A DNA stretch of 64,000 nt from the NCBI GenBank assembly GCA_964532225.1, contig CAZHHM010000001.1, positions 22,846-86,845 on the forward strand, read 5' to 3'. A model generated the notes under the pieces. It made no database searches. It worked only from the letters and a program-made list of their open reading frames with translations, and was not told where the DNA came from. A program made the translations under genes and the position numbers. Within the stretch, counting starts at the first letter, position 1. Each line of letters starts with the position of its first letter. Source of the stretch: an uncultured bacterium. Its GTDB lineage: Bacteria > Margulisbacteria > WOR-1 > JAKLHX01. Positions 9,854 to 18,672 of this stretch are shown here, piece after piece.

Positions 9854-10630
9854 TCAGTCGCTACGCTCCTTCGCTGCGACTGCTTTGTTGGGCAGCTTCG
9901 CTCCGCTCGCAATGACCCTCGCAGCGACTGCAGATAACCAGCTTTTTATCAGATCTGTGCCAAAGGCGTTCAGAGAGCGGATATTCTTTTTTGTGTCAGA
10001 CAGGATCTTTTTGGGGTCGAGCCCTTCTTTTTTCAATTCTTCAGAATATTCTTTTATCCACTCTTTGACCATCTTTTCCGTGACCTCAAGATGGAACTGC
10101 AGGGCAAGGATATTCTTCCCGAACAAAAAGCCCTGGTTCTTGAACAATATTGAGCTCGCCAGCTTTTTAGCTCCTTTTGGCAGGGTGAATGTGTCTCCGT
10201 GCCATTGGAAAGCAGACAGGGACTTGTGACCGGTGGCCAGTGGCCGGGGTCCGGTAAAATCAACTTTATACCAGCCGATCTCCTTTTTCTTTCCTTTGAA
10301 CACTCTGCCGCCCAGGGCAGAAGCGATGAGCTGAGAGCCGAAACAAATGCCAAGCAGTGGCTTTTTCGTCTTTGTGATATTCCTTACAAGAAGCTTTTCT
10401 ATTTTTATAAAGGGGTACTTTTTATCCTCATAAACGCCCATGGGGCCGCCGAGGATCACAAAGGCGTCGTAGTTCTTCACTTTGTCCCAGGAAAGGTCCG
10501 CCTTTGAAGCATCGGCGTATTTTATCGAATAACCGGCCCGTTCAAAGACGCTTTTAAATATACCTAGCTTTTCACACGATATGTGGTAGATGGCCAGAAG
10601 CTTCTTCATTACAGGGATTTTACCACTCAA
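9854..10630 (-). CDS. Class I glutamine amidotransferase-like protein
   Basis: Catalytic Cys motif LLGICFGSQL and His/Glu motif LQFHLEV; 258 aa. Ala-rich C-terminal tail encoded by hairpin-rich DNA (9854-9935). Confidence 0.8.
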   Translation of the reverse strand: MSGKIPVMKKLLAIYHISCEKLGIFKSVFERAGYSIKYADASKADLSWDKVKNYDAFVILGGPMGVYEDKKYPFIKIEKLLVRNITKTKKPLLGICFGSQLIASALGGRVFKGKKKEIGWYKVDFTGPRPLATGHKSLSAFQWHGDTFTLPKGAKKLASSILFKNQGFLFGKNILALQFHLEVTEKMVKEWIKEYSEELKKEGLDPKKILSDTKKNIRSLNAFGTDLIKSWLSAVAARVIASGAKLPNKAVAAKERSD

Positions 10631-11348
10631 GAAGAACTGCGGGGTCGATGAGAAGCCTTTCTTTTACTGTCATCGGCAGGATCTCTGTCTCGCCGTCAGA
10701 GTAAGCGGCGACGTGGAAAAACGCATCCTTTAACTCCCATGCGGGGAGCTCCGTTCCGATTGTCCACATTATCTTTTCGGCATGGGCACGGTTCTCCCAT
10801 TTGTTGAGGTCCCAGGACATGCCTTTGACAAGGGTCTCTATGGTCACGGGCGACCGGTCAAGATCCGGCCATCTCAATAGGCCCGTATACATATCAAATG
10901 TCCGGCCGTTAAGCTCAATGAAACCTTCTATAGAGAGTTTCGCGGCAAGCTGTCTGAGGCCGGTGTCGCCGTCAAAATACCTGTCGGTCTCTTTACTGAA
11001 GTCGGAGTGAAGGAATTGCGAGAACGTGGCATCGACTATGTAGGATGCCCCTTCAGGGGTGACCGCAACATTGAAAGCATGGCTGTTTGCATGCCTTCCG
11101 AAGAGGCCCTGGGTGCTGTGCGGGCGGAGAGAGACTTCCCCTCCGGACATGAACCGGCACAGGCGGTTCATATCAAAGGCAGACAGGCCGCAAAGGTTCC
11201 TGTAGCCGAGAGAAGCCCTGTTCCTTCCGTTCTCGTCAACAATGTTGTCAAGCGCCCTTCTGTCCAGGGAAACCGCTTTTTTGAACATCGGCTCATATCT
11301 TGAGCCTGGGCCGGCAGGCCTGATCCCTCTCATGTTGTTCGGTCCCAT
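10620..11348 (-). CDS. Hypothetical protein, possibly a transglutaminase-like / papain-fold Cys-His-Asp protein
   Basis: Cys (NLCGLSAF) about 38 aa before HAFNVAV....IVDAT, a spacing typical of transglutaminase-like cores. The track start (11618) would overlap the divergent pfkA; the internal ATG at 11348 (MGPNNMRG) is more plausible. Confidence 0.4.
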   Translation of the reverse strand: MGPNNMRGIRPAGPGSRYEPMFKKAVSLDRRALDNIVDENGRNRASLGYRNLCGLSAFDMNRLCRFMSGGEVSLRPHSTQGLFGRHANSHAFNVAVTPEGASYIVDATFSQFLHSDFSKETDRYFDGDTGLRQLAAKLSIEGFIELNGRTFDMYTGLLRWPDLDRSPVTIETLVKGMSWDLNKWENRAHAEKIMWTIGTELPAWELKDAFFHVAAYSDGETEILPMTVKERLLIDPAVLLEW

Positions 11349-11401
11349 ATAATATATATCGTCATTTTGCGGCCATAATTTCAGGATTAGCTCTGGGCGG
11401 G

Positions 11402-11409
11402 TGTATAAT
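11402..11409 (+). promoter_or_regulatory. Extended -10 element TGTATAAT, 7 nt upstream of the pfkA ATG (probable leaderless transcript)
   Basis: gtgTATAATattggcATG read directly. The divergent intergenic region 11349-11415 also carries tataat at 11348-11353. Confidence 0.4.
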
Positions 11410-11415
11410 ATTGGC

Positions 11416-12384
11416 ATGAAGATAAAAAAGATAGGTGTTGTGACCACAGGCGGGGATGCTCCGGGCATGAATGCGGCGATCAGGTCTGTCGTTCGAACAG
11501 CGATCTTTAACGGGCTGGAAGTGGCCGGCATTGAAAGAGGGTGGGAAGGTCTTATAAGCGGGGACCTAAAGCCTATGGACGCCCGCTCCGTCAGCAATAT
11601 CCTTAACCGCGGAGGCACTATTTTAAAAACTCTCCGCTCCCCTGATTTCAGGGAAAAAAAGTCAAGGGAAAGGGCCTATGCCAACCTCAGGACCTACGGC
11701 GTTGACGCTCTTGTTGTAATAGGCGGCGACGGGTCTCTCGCTGCATCGTCGAACATCTTCAAGGAGAACGGGACGCCCTGTGTCGTAATACCGGCCACCA
11801 TCGACAACGATCTGGGCCTGACGGATTACACTATCGGTTTTGACACGGCGGTCAACACCGCGGTAGACGCGATAGACAAGATCCGCGACACCGCCACATC
11901 GCACGAAAGGGTCTTCATTGTGGAGATAATGGGAAGAGAGCACGGCTTTCTTGCTCTGGAGGTAGGCCTGGTATGCGGCGCCGAGATGGTGCTTATCCCC
12001 GAAAAGAAGTTCAAGGTGGGCGACGTGGTAAAAGCGCTCAAAGCCAACCACAAGAAAGGCAAGAGCAGCAGCATAATCGTAATGGCCGAAGGGGCAGGCG
12101 ACTCTTCGAAGCTTGCAAAAGAAATATCCGGAAAAACAGGGCTGGACGTCCGTGTTTCAGTGCTGGGCCATATGCAGAGGGGCGGATGCCCGTCGGCTAC
12201 GAGCAGGAACCTGGCCAGCAGGTTCGGCGAGGCCGCGGTAGAGCTGATAGTGCAGAAAAAGTTCAACAGGATGGTAGGGATAGCTTCAAACAAGATAACC
12301 TCATGGCCGATACAGGAGGTCCTTTCTTCGCATAAAAAGATCGACCTTGATGCTCTCCGTCTCGTGGACATCCTTGCGATATGA
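11416..12384 (+). CDS. pfkA: ATP-dependent 6-phosphofructokinase
   Basis: MKIKKIGVVTTGGDAPGMNAAIR and the GGDGS motif, classic PfkA. The track start at GTG 11401 was replaced by ATG 11416. Confidence 0.9.
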   Translation: MKIKKIGVVTTGGDAPGMNAAIRSVVRTAIFNGLEVAGIERGWEGLISGDLKPMDARSVSNILNRGGTILKTLRSPDFREKKSRERAYANLRTYGVDALVVIGGDGSLAASSNIFKENGTPCVVIPATIDNDLGLTDYTIGFDTAVNTAVDAIDKIRDTATSHERVFIVEIMGREHGFLALEVGLVCGAEMVLIPEKKFKVGDVVKALKANHKKGKSSSIIVMAEGAGDSSKLAKEISGKTGLDVRVSVLGHMQRGGCPSATSRNLASRFGEAAVELIVQKKFNRMVGIASNKITSWPIQEVLSSHKKIDLDALRLVDILAI

Positions 12385-12680
12385 AAGAAGAAACATTCAA
12401 CATATCAGGGAAGGCCGCCAAAGGATATACGGTATCTTTCGGCGATTTCAGCCTTGTCTTTGCAAAGACCGATAAGGGCATGGTCGGATGCGGGCTTTTT
12501 GACGTTTCTGTGTTCGACAGGTTCGGGTACCCCGCCGCCAAGGCAAAGGCAAAAGAAGGGTTGATAAGCGATATCCCTTCTCTTCTTTCCGCCGAGATCG
12601 TTGCCGCCAACTCCTCCGCGGAAAAGGCCGGAGTAAGGACCGGCATGACAGGCGCACAAGCCCTTGAACTGATGAAATGA
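12381..12680 (+). CDS. DUF1805 / YunC-like small protein
   Basis: GMVGCGLFDV ... GVRTGMTGAQALELMK closely parallels B. subtilis YunC. ATGA overlap with the pfkA stop. Confidence 0.6.
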   Translation: MKEETFNISGKAAKGYTVSFGDFSLVFAKTDKGMVGCGLFDVSVFDRFGYPAAKAKAKEGLISDIPSLLSAEIVAANSSAEKAGVRTGMTGAQALELMK

Positions 12681-13255
12681 CAAGCAGCAACAAGACCTGT
12701 CTAATACTTATTTCCATGCTCATGGCACTATCTTTACTTGTCCCCGCTTCCGATGCCGCCGTCAGAAGGACCAACACAAAAAGGACCATAGTCTCGGATT
12801 TTTACAGTCCGGCGTTCAAATACGGCCTTCCTATACCCGTAAAATACACATGCGACGGAGACAACATTTCTCCTCCTCTTGTCTGGAGACCGCTCCCGCC
12901 CAACGCGAAAAGCGCGGCTATACTCTGCTTTGACCCTGACGCTCCCGGCGGGACCTTTGTCCACTGGCTTATCTACAATATCAGACCGCAGATCAATTCC
13001 CTTCCGGCCGGGGTCCCCGACCTCGCTGCCCTGCCGAACGGGGCAAGACAATGCCTCAACGATTTTAACCAGTTCGGTTATGTAGGCCCTTGCCCGCCTA
13101 AAGGAATGCATAAATACATCTTCAAACTATTTGTCCTCAGTGAGGAGTTCTGGCCGGACCCCAGGGTCTCTCCCAGAAGCTTTTTAAATGAGATAAAGAA
13201 CTATCTCATCGATGAATATGAGCTTATAGGGACCTATGAAAAGGAATATCAATGA
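12677..13255 (+). CDS. YbhB/YbcL family Raf-kinase-inhibitor-like protein (PEBP), secreted
   Basis: Signal peptide, then CDGDNISPPLVW, DPDAP, FVHWLIYNI and GPCPPKGMHKY motifs of bacterial PEBPs. Confidence 0.85.
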   Translation: MTSSNKTCLILISMLMALSLLVPASDAAVRRTNTKRTIVSDFYSPAFKYGLPIPVKYTCDGDNISPPLVWRPLPPNAKSAAILCFDPDAPGGTFVHWLIYNIRPQINSLPAGVPDLAALPNGARQCLNDFNQFGYVGPCPPKGMHKYIFKLFVLSEEFWPDPRVSPRSFLNEIKNYLIDEYELIGTYEKEYQ

Positions 13256-13674
13256 AGCCGGACGCATTCTGGCTGGCCGTAATGACTTCGGTGATCTGGG
13301 GTTTCGTTCCCATCCTTGAAAAGATCGGACTGGCCAAGACAACGCCTTTAACAGGACTCTTCTTCAGGAGCTTCGGGGTCATCCTCGGTATGGTAGTGCT
13401 CTATTTCTTCTACCTTAAGCCTGACGAGATCAGGGCGATAGATCTCAGGTCGGCGCTGTTCGTCATGGCCGGAGGGTTCCTGGCAAGCTTTGTCGCGCAG
13501 GTCCTGTTCTATACCGCGCTAAAGACCGGAGATGTAAGCAGGATAGTCCCCATCTCCGGGAGCTATCCTCTCATAGCTTTCATATTAGGCGTGCTGATAC
13601 TTGGCGAGCAGGTGACCGTGCCGAAGATGATAGGGGCTCTGCTGATAATAGGCGGTGTCTGGCTCATTAAATGA
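13252..13674 (+). CDS. EamA-like (DMT superfamily) small membrane transporter
   Basis: 140 aa with four predicted TM helices, an EamA-type hydrophobic pattern, and a C-terminal LLIIGGVWLIK. Confidence 0.7.
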   Translation: MKPDAFWLAVMTSVIWGFVPILEKIGLAKTTPLTGLFFRSFGVILGMVVLYFFYLKPDEIRAIDLRSALFVMAGGFLASFVAQVLFYTALKTGDVSRIVPISGSYPLIAFILGVLILGEQVTVPKMIGALLIIGGVWLIK

Positions 13675-13677
13675 CCG

Positions 13678-13686
13678 TGATATAAT
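13678..13686 (+). promoter_or_regulatory. Extended -10 TGATATAAT, 9 nt upstream of the flavin reductase ATG (near-leaderless)
   Basis: ccgTGATATAATccacttatcATG. The element overlaps the EamA stop codon. Confidence 0.4.
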
Positions 13687-13695
13687 CCACTTATC

Positions 13696-14205
13696 ATGGA
13701 CCTAAAAGCACTCTTCAAACTTTCATACGGCATGTATATAGTCACGTCAGTGAACAGAGAGAAAAAATGCGGGCAGATAGCCAATACCGTGTTTCAGGTC
13801 ACTTCCGACCCTCCTCAGGTAGCGGTCTGCATTAACAAGCAGAACGAGACCCACGGCGCCATTTCCGCATCGGGCAAGTTCTGTCTTTCCGTCCTTTCGG
13901 AGACGGCCCCGATGACACTGATCGGCAGGTTCGGCTTCAAGAGCGGAAGGGACACCGACAAGTTCGGTCCGACCGAGCACACAGCAGGGGCCAACGGCTG
14001 CCCGGTAGTTACCGAGCACTCTATAGCGTGTTTCGAGGCCTCGGTTAATATGACCGCTGACTCCGGAACTCATACGCTGTTTGTCGGCGAAGTGACCGAG
14101 GCAAAGACACTTTATGAGGGGGCCCCGATGACCTACGCCTATTACCACGAGATCAAAGGCGGCAAGTCCCCTAAAACGGCCCCGACCTACATCAAAGAGA
14201 AGTAA
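13696..14205 (+). CDS. Flavin reductase-like domain protein (FMN-binding split barrel)
   Basis: 169 aa; SYGMYIVTS....ANTVFQVTSDPP and HTLFVGEV motifs typical of the Flavin_Reduct family. Sits next to the rubredoxin-type redox cluster. Confidence 0.7.
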   Translation: MDLKALFKLSYGMYIVTSVNREKKCGQIANTVFQVTSDPPQVAVCINKQNETHGAISASGKFCLSVLSETAPMTLIGRFGFKSGRDTDKFGPTEHTAGANGCPVVTEHSIACFEASVNMTADSGTHTLFVGEVTEAKTLYEGAPMTYAYYHEIKGGKSPKTAPTYIKEK

Positions 14206-14206
14206 A

Positions 14207-15136
14207 ATGATCTCCGCGGTGAGCTCCATCATACCGATAGCCGTATTGATCCTTTGCGGCGTGCTCGCAAGACATATAAAGCTGATCAAGGCCGGGGATG
14301 AGAAGGTCCTGAACAATTATGTCTACTATTTTGCCCTTCCTTCTATGTTCGTCGTAAGCCTTGCCGGGTCGGGCATGGACAGCTCCGCGATCAAGTTCAT
14401 GTCGGCCGCGGCGCTTCCCACTGTGCTCGTGATCGTCCTTGTCCTCTCCTTTTACAGGATGTTCAAAGCCGATAAGGGCAGCGCGTACTACCTGGTCATC
14501 TCATCCGTTTTCGGGAGCCTGGCATTCTTCGGCATCCCGTTCGTGCTTTTTGCTTATCCCGGGGAAGGGACCGAAAGGACAGCTGTGCTTGCTATCGCAT
14601 CGATATCCATAGTTTCGGTCATCACGTCGGTAACGCTGCTGGAGATCTACTCGGCGGAGCGCAAAGGAACGAGCCCAAGGCTCCTGTCTTTATCCGGGCG
14701 GTTCGCAAAGAACCCGCTCATAATATCCATACTCGCGGGCCTGCTTCTTTCTCTGGCAGGAATAGTTCTTCCCGCGGAGATCTCTACCGCTCTGCATATG
14801 CTGGGCGTAACGACCGCCCCAGTCGCCTTGTTCATGCTCGGAGCTTTCCTTTACGGAAAGAAGTATTCCGGACTGGCAAAAGCGGCGGCATTCTCTCTTA
14901 CAAGGGTGGTCTTGATGCCGGCCCTGGCATTGTCGGTATGCATATTCGCGGGCATAACAGGGGTAGAGAGGGATATCATCGTATTGATGAACGCAATGCC
15001 TACGGCAGTAGCCATGGTGGTGATGAGCGAAAGATACGACTTCTTCAGGCATGAGACGGCCATGCTCATCCTTCTCACTTCGGTCGGTTCGATAGTATAT
15101 CTTCCCTTATGGCTGGCGCTGCTGCGCGCCGTCTGA
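14207..15136 (+). CDS. AEC (auxin efflux carrier) family membrane transporter
   Basis: 309 aa, about 9-10 TM helices, N-terminal IPIAVLILCGVLAR pattern of the malate permease / AEC family. Confidence 0.65.
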   Translation: MISAVSSIIPIAVLILCGVLARHIKLIKAGDEKVLNNYVYYFALPSMFVVSLAGSGMDSSAIKFMSAAALPTVLVIVLVLSFYRMFKADKGSAYYLVISSVFGSLAFFGIPFVLFAYPGEGTERTAVLAIASISIVSVITSVTLLEIYSAERKGTSPRLLSLSGRFAKNPLIISILAGLLLSLAGIVLPAEISTALHMLGVTTAPVALFMLGAFLYGKKYSGLAKAAAFSLTRVVLMPALALSVCIFAGITGVERDIIVLMNAMPTAVAMVVMSERYDFFRHETAMLILLTSVGSIVYLPLWLALLRAV

Positions 15137-15146
15137 CGCCAAAGGG

Positions 15147-15152
15147 TATAAT
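15147..15152 (+). promoter_or_regulatory. -10 hexamer TATAAT upstream of fprA, followed by RBS GGAGAA
   Basis: aaagggTATAATtggaacaGGAGAAcgaacATG. Confidence 0.35.
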
Positions 15153-15170
15153 TGGAACAGGAGAACGAAC

Positions 15171-16361
15171 ATGAGCGCACGCAAGATCACTGAAGGCATA
15201 TATTCGGTCGGGGCTATCGACTGGGACAGAAGGCTTTTTGACGAGCTTATCCCTCTTCCTGACGGGACCTCTTACAATTCGTATCTCATAATAGGTAAAG
15301 ACAAGACCGCACTTCTTGACGGTGTGGACCCGACACTGTTCCATGAGCTTAAGGCAAACATAGAACAAACAGGGACAAAAAAGATCGATTATATCGTCAG
15401 CCATCATTCCGAGCAGGACCATTCAGGGATGATACCGGAACTTCTTAAGATGTTCCCGAACGCAAAGCTCGTGACCACGGAAAAATGCAAAGCAATGCTG
15501 CAGCTGCATATCGGGCTTCCGGAGGACAGATGCGTCGTCATGCAGCCCAACCAGACGCTTGACCTCGGAGGCAGGACCCTTGAGTTCATCCCCATGCCCT
15601 GGGTGCATTGGCCTGAAACTTTGGTCACATACGACAAAGAGGACAAGATATTGTTCTCTTGCGACCTCTTCGGTTCGCATATGGCGTCAAGCGACCTCTT
15701 CATAAAGAAAGAGAATGAAGGGGAGGCTTACAGGTCGGCAAAAAGATATTATGCCGAGATAATGATGCCCTTCAGAACGGCGATACAGGGGCATCTCCAG
15801 ACACTGAAGAAATATGACATTGAGATGATATGCCCGAGCCACGGATATGTCTACGATAAGCCGTCCTTTATTATTGATGCCTATGCCGACTGGACCTCCG
15901 ACAAGGTGAAAAATGAGGTCGTTCTCGCTCACGTGACCATGCACGGATCGACACAGATCCTTACTGAGCGGCTCATCAGCGCACTTATTGACAACGGTGT
16001 TAAAGTGGTCCCTTACGAGCTTTCAAGATCGGATATCGGCGACATTGCGATGTCTACCGTGGATGCAGCGACTATTGTGATCGGTTGTCCCGCTGTCCTT
16101 GCCGGTCCGCATCCTCTGGCGGCAAATATTGCCTTTCTTGCCAATGCCCTGAGGCCAAAAACAAGGTTCGTTTCTATTATCGGCTCGTTCGGCTGGGGGA
16201 GCAAAATGATCGAGTCCCTCACAGCCATGATGTCCAATCTCAAGGCAGAGGTCCTCCCTCCCGTGGTCGTCAAAGGCCTTCCTCGCGAGGAGGAGCTCAA
16301 GAAGATCGATGAGCTCGCAAAAACGATCGCCGAAAGGCATAAAACGGCAGGCTTGATGTAG
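15171..16361 (+). CDS. fprA: Flavodiiron protein (FprA / A-type flavoprotein; O2 or NO reductase)
   Basis: Metallo-beta-lactamase-like domain with the SHHSEQDHSG H-x-E-x-D-H diiron motif, plus a C-terminal flavodoxin-like domain; 396 aa. Confidence 0.88.
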   Translation: MSARKITEGIYSVGAIDWDRRLFDELIPLPDGTSYNSYLIIGKDKTALLDGVDPTLFHELKANIEQTGTKKIDYIVSHHSEQDHSGMIPELLKMFPNAKLVTTEKCKAMLQLHIGLPEDRCVVMQPNQTLDLGGRTLEFIPMPWVHWPETLVTYDKEDKILFSCDLFGSHMASSDLFIKKENEGEAYRSAKRYYAEIMMPFRTAIQGHLQTLKKYDIEMICPSHGYVYDKPSFIIDAYADWTSDKVKNEVVLAHVTMHGSTQILTERLISALIDNGVKVVPYELSRSDIGDIAMSTVDAATIVIGCPAVLAGPHPLAANIAFLANALRPKTRFVSIIGSFGWGSKMIESLTAMMSNLKAEVLPPVVVKGLPREEELKKIDELAKTIAERHKTAGLM

Positions 16362-16363
16362 TA

Positions 16364-16408
16364 TTGACATTCATTCCAATATTGTATAAAATACAAATTG
16401 TAATGAAT
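16364..16408 (+). promoter_or_regulatory. Sigma70-like promoter (TTGACA-17-TAAAAT) overlapped by a PerR/Fur-type operator palindrome TTGTATAAAATACAA, inside a longer inverted repeat ATTCATT...AATGAAT
   Basis: TTGACA 16364-16369, TAAAAT 16387-16392, perfect 6-3-6 palindrome 16382-16396. The perR ATG at 16403 lies inside the right arm, so the transcript is probably leaderless. Confidence 0.55.
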
Positions 16409-16831
16409 ACAAAACAGCGGACGGCCAAAGCCCTTCTTGAAGAAAAGGGGATAAGGCCGACCTTTCAGAGGGTGGCGATACTTGAGCATATGATGGGCAA
16501 CATGACCCACCCGACAGTTGAACAGGTCTATTCCGAACTTGCCCCCGGTGTACCGACACTTTCAAAGACCACGGTGTATAATACCCTCCAGATGTTCTCC
16601 GATAAGGACCTTGTCAGGGTGCTTAACATCGACCCCTCGGAGATCAGGTACGACGGAGAAGCGTGCGTCCATCACCATTTTTACTGCGGAACATGCGGCA
16701 GCATAATCGATATCCCGGTGAACTGTGCCACTGCTCAAAGACAGGAGGTCGATGGCCACAGGATAGACGAGGTCCACGGCTATTTTAAAGGTACGTGCAA
16801 GAAATGCATAAAGAAAGGGGGAAAGAGATGA
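16403..16831 (+). CDS. perR: Fur family transcriptional regulator, PerR-like (peroxide-responsive)
   Basis: [38 protein letters not shown].. with [10 protein letters not shown] and CxxC metal sites. Located inside the O2-detox cluster. The track start was trimmed to ATG 16403. Confidence 0.8.
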   Translation: MNTKQRTAKALLEEKGIRPTFQRVAILEHMMGNMTHPTVEQVYSELAPGVPTLSKTTVYNTLQMFSDKDLVRVLNIDPSEIRYDGEACVHHHFYCGTCGSIIDIPVNCATAQRQEVDGHRIDEVHGYFKGTCKKCIKKGGKR

Positions 16832-16989
16832 AAAGCTACGAATGCAGCGTCTGCGGTTACATTTACGATCCGGCAAAGGGGGACCCCGAAGGCGGGACAG
16901 CTCCAGGTACGGCTTTTGAGGATATCCCGGACAACTGGGTCTGCCCGTTGTGCGGCGCTTCAAAAGACCAGTTCACGCCGGTAAACTAA
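16828..16989 (+). CDS. rub: Rubredoxin
   Basis: [15 protein letters not shown]....[13 protein letters not shown] with two CxxCG knuckles. ATGA overlap with the perR stop; RBS GGGGGAAAGAG. Confidence 0.9.
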   Translation: MKSYECSVCGYIYDPAKGDPEGGTAPGTAFEDIPDNWVCPLCGASKDQFTPVN

Positions 16990-17000
16990 GGAGGAGAACA

Positions 17001-17384
17001 ATGAGCAACGTGAAAGAAAGGCTCCAGGTCTACAAATGTTCGGTCTGCGGGAATATCGTCGAGGTGATGCATGTAGGAGGCGGTGAGCTTGTATGCTGCG
17101 GCCAGCCGATGAACCAGCTAGTTGAGAATACAACGGACGCGGCAAAAGAAAAGCATGTCCCTGTGGTAGAAAAGAGCGGGAACAGCGTAAAGATCAAGGT
17201 CGGCTCGGTAGCGCATCCGATGGAAGACAAGCACTATATCGAATGGGTGCAGGCGATATCAGGCGACAGGGTCTGCACACAGTTCCTTAAGCCCGGACAG
17301 GCGCCTGAGTCAGTTTTTGAGGCGATCGCCGGAGCGGTTACAGCAAGAGAATACTGCAACCTGCACGGTCTGTGGAAGGCATAG
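17001..17384 (+). CDS. dfx: Desulfoferrodoxin (2Fe superoxide reductase)
   Basis: N-terminal desulforedoxin domain [20 protein letters not shown] and C-terminal SOR domain HYIEW....CNLHGLW. RBS AGGAGG. Track start trimmed to ATG 17001. Confidence 0.9.
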   Translation: MSNVKERLQVYKCSVCGNIVEVMHVGGGELVCCGQPMNQLVENTTDAAKEKHVPVVEKSGNSVKIKVGSVAHPMEDKHYIEWVQAISGDRVCTQFLKPGQAPESVFEAIAGAVTAREYCNLHGLWKA

Positions 17385-17387
17385 TTA

Positions 17388-17430
17388 GGGAACGGGGAAC
17401 AGGGAAGAGGGAACGGGGAATGGGGAAAGG
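17388..17430 (+). repeat. G-rich polypurine heptamer repeat (RGGGAAC)n between dfx and rbr, with G-quadruplex potential
   Basis: GGGAACGGGGAACAGGGAAGAGGGAACGGGGAATGGGGAAAGG. It shares a ~20-nt identical core (GGGAAGAGGGAACGGGGAA) with 49758-49825. Confidence 0.6.
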
Positions 17431-17450
17431 CAATAAAAGGAGGAAGAATT

Positions 17451-18029
17451 ATGGCTAAATCGATAAAAGGGACGAAGACAGAGAAGAACCTGCTGGCATC
17501 ATTTGCCGGCGAGTCGCAGGCAAGGAACAGGTATACGTATTTTGCAGGTGTCGCGAAAAAGGCGGGGTTCGAGCAGATCGCGGCGATATTCCTCGATACA
17601 GCCGACAACGAAAAGGAGCACGCGAAACGCTTCTTCAAATTCCTTGAAGGCGGAGAGGTGAAGATAGAGGCCTCGTATCCGGCCGGAGTGATAGCCGATA
17701 CGGCAGCTAACCTTCTTGCCGCCGCAGAAGGCGAGAACATGGAGTGGACCGTTCTCTATAAAGAGGCAGGGGACACTGCCGAGCAGGAAGGTTTCCCGGA
17801 AGTGGCGACAGTGTTCAGGGAGATAGCCGAAGTGGAGGCCGAGCATGAAAAAAGGTACCGCAAGCTGCTCGCAAACGTCAAAGGCGGCACCGTGTTCAAA
17901 AAGGACAAGAAAGTGAAATGGCATTGCAGGAACTGCGGCTATGTGCATGAAGGCCCGGAAGCTCCCGATGTATGCCCTGCCTGCGCGCATCCGAAGGCCT
18001 ATTACGAGATACTCGCAGAGAACTACTGA
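17451..18029 (+). CDS. rbr: Rubrerythrin
   Basis: Ferritin-like diiron domain ([10 protein letters not shown] motifs) plus C-terminal rubredoxin-like [10 protein letters not shown]....CPACAHP; RBS AAGGAGG. Confidence 0.9.
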   Translation: MAKSIKGTKTEKNLLASFAGESQARNRYTYFAGVAKKAGFEQIAAIFLDTADNEKEHAKRFFKFLEGGEVKIEASYPAGVIADTAANLLAAAEGENMEWTVLYKEAGDTAEQEGFPEVATVFREIAEVEAEHEKRYRKLLANVKGGTVFKKDKKVKWHCRNCGYVHEGPEAPDVCPACAHPKAYYEILAENY

Positions 18030-18032
18030 TAA

Positions 18033-18659
18033 GTGCAGGACCTGATCGATAAGATCAAGGCGGTGCGAAGGTCGCCCGTAAAAAAGGAGATCGACGCCCG
18101 CCTTGAAGAGTTCAGAAAGCTCGAGGAAAGCGGTGAAAGCGCCGTTTTTTCCGAGCTTTGCTTTTGCATAATGACCGCCAACTACAGTGCCGACAGGGGC
18201 ATAAAGATACAGAAAGAGCTGGGGGACAAGATCGAAAAGCTGCCGCCCGAGAAGATGGCGAAAGAGCTGCGCCGGCTCGGCCACAGGTTCCCGAACATGA
18301 GGGCAAAGTTCATATGCGAGGCGAGGCCTCATAAGACCGCGATACACGGGATGCTCCTGGACAAGGTCCCTGACAGGAAGATAAGGGAATGGGTCGCCGG
18401 CAACGTTAAGGGACTGGGGATGAAAGAAGCAAGCCACTTTTTGAGGAACCTCGGGAAAGAGGGCTGCGCCATAATCGATTTCCACATAGTGGATATCCTG
18501 CGAGAACACGGCATAATAGGCGATTACAAAACGCTCACAAAAAAGAACTATATCGAGATCGAATCCAAACTGGAACAAATGGCCGAAAAGCTGGGGATGG
18601 GGCTGGGAGAGCTGGACCTGTATCTCTGGTACCTTGAAACAGGAAAGATATTAAAGTAA
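18033..18659 (+). CDS. ogg: 8-oxoguanine DNA glycosylase / AP lyase (Ogg, archaeal/Thermotoga-type Ogg2 family)
   Basis: HhH-GPD motif VKGLGMKEASHFLRNLG and IIDFHIVD; 208 aa; GTG start 3 nt after the rbr stop. Confidence 0.7.
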   Translation: MQDLIDKIKAVRRSPVKKEIDARLEEFRKLEESGESAVFSELCFCIMTANYSADRGIKIQKELGDKIEKLPPEKMAKELRRLGHRFPNMRAKFICEARPHKTAIHGMLLDKVPDRKIREWVAGNVKGLGMKEASHFLRNLGKEGCAIIDFHIVDILREHGIIGDYKTLTKKNYIEIESKLEQMAEKLGMGLGELDLYLWYLETGKILK

Positions 18660-18672
18660 AGTATTCCTATAA

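Noticed and set aside
9844-9935. Inverted and direct repeats (GGGCAGCTTC x2, GCAGTCGC/GCGACTGC arms) suggestive of a terminator
   Set aside because: They lie inside the 3' end of the amidotransferase reading frame (Ala-rich tail) and are not followed by a U-tract. This is probably a structured coding tail rather than a terminator.
17499-18578. 359-aa minus-strand ORF covering rubrerythrin and ogg
   Set aside because: Fully antisense to two well-supported genes (rubrerythrin diiron/rubredoxin motifs, Ogg HhH motif); spurious.
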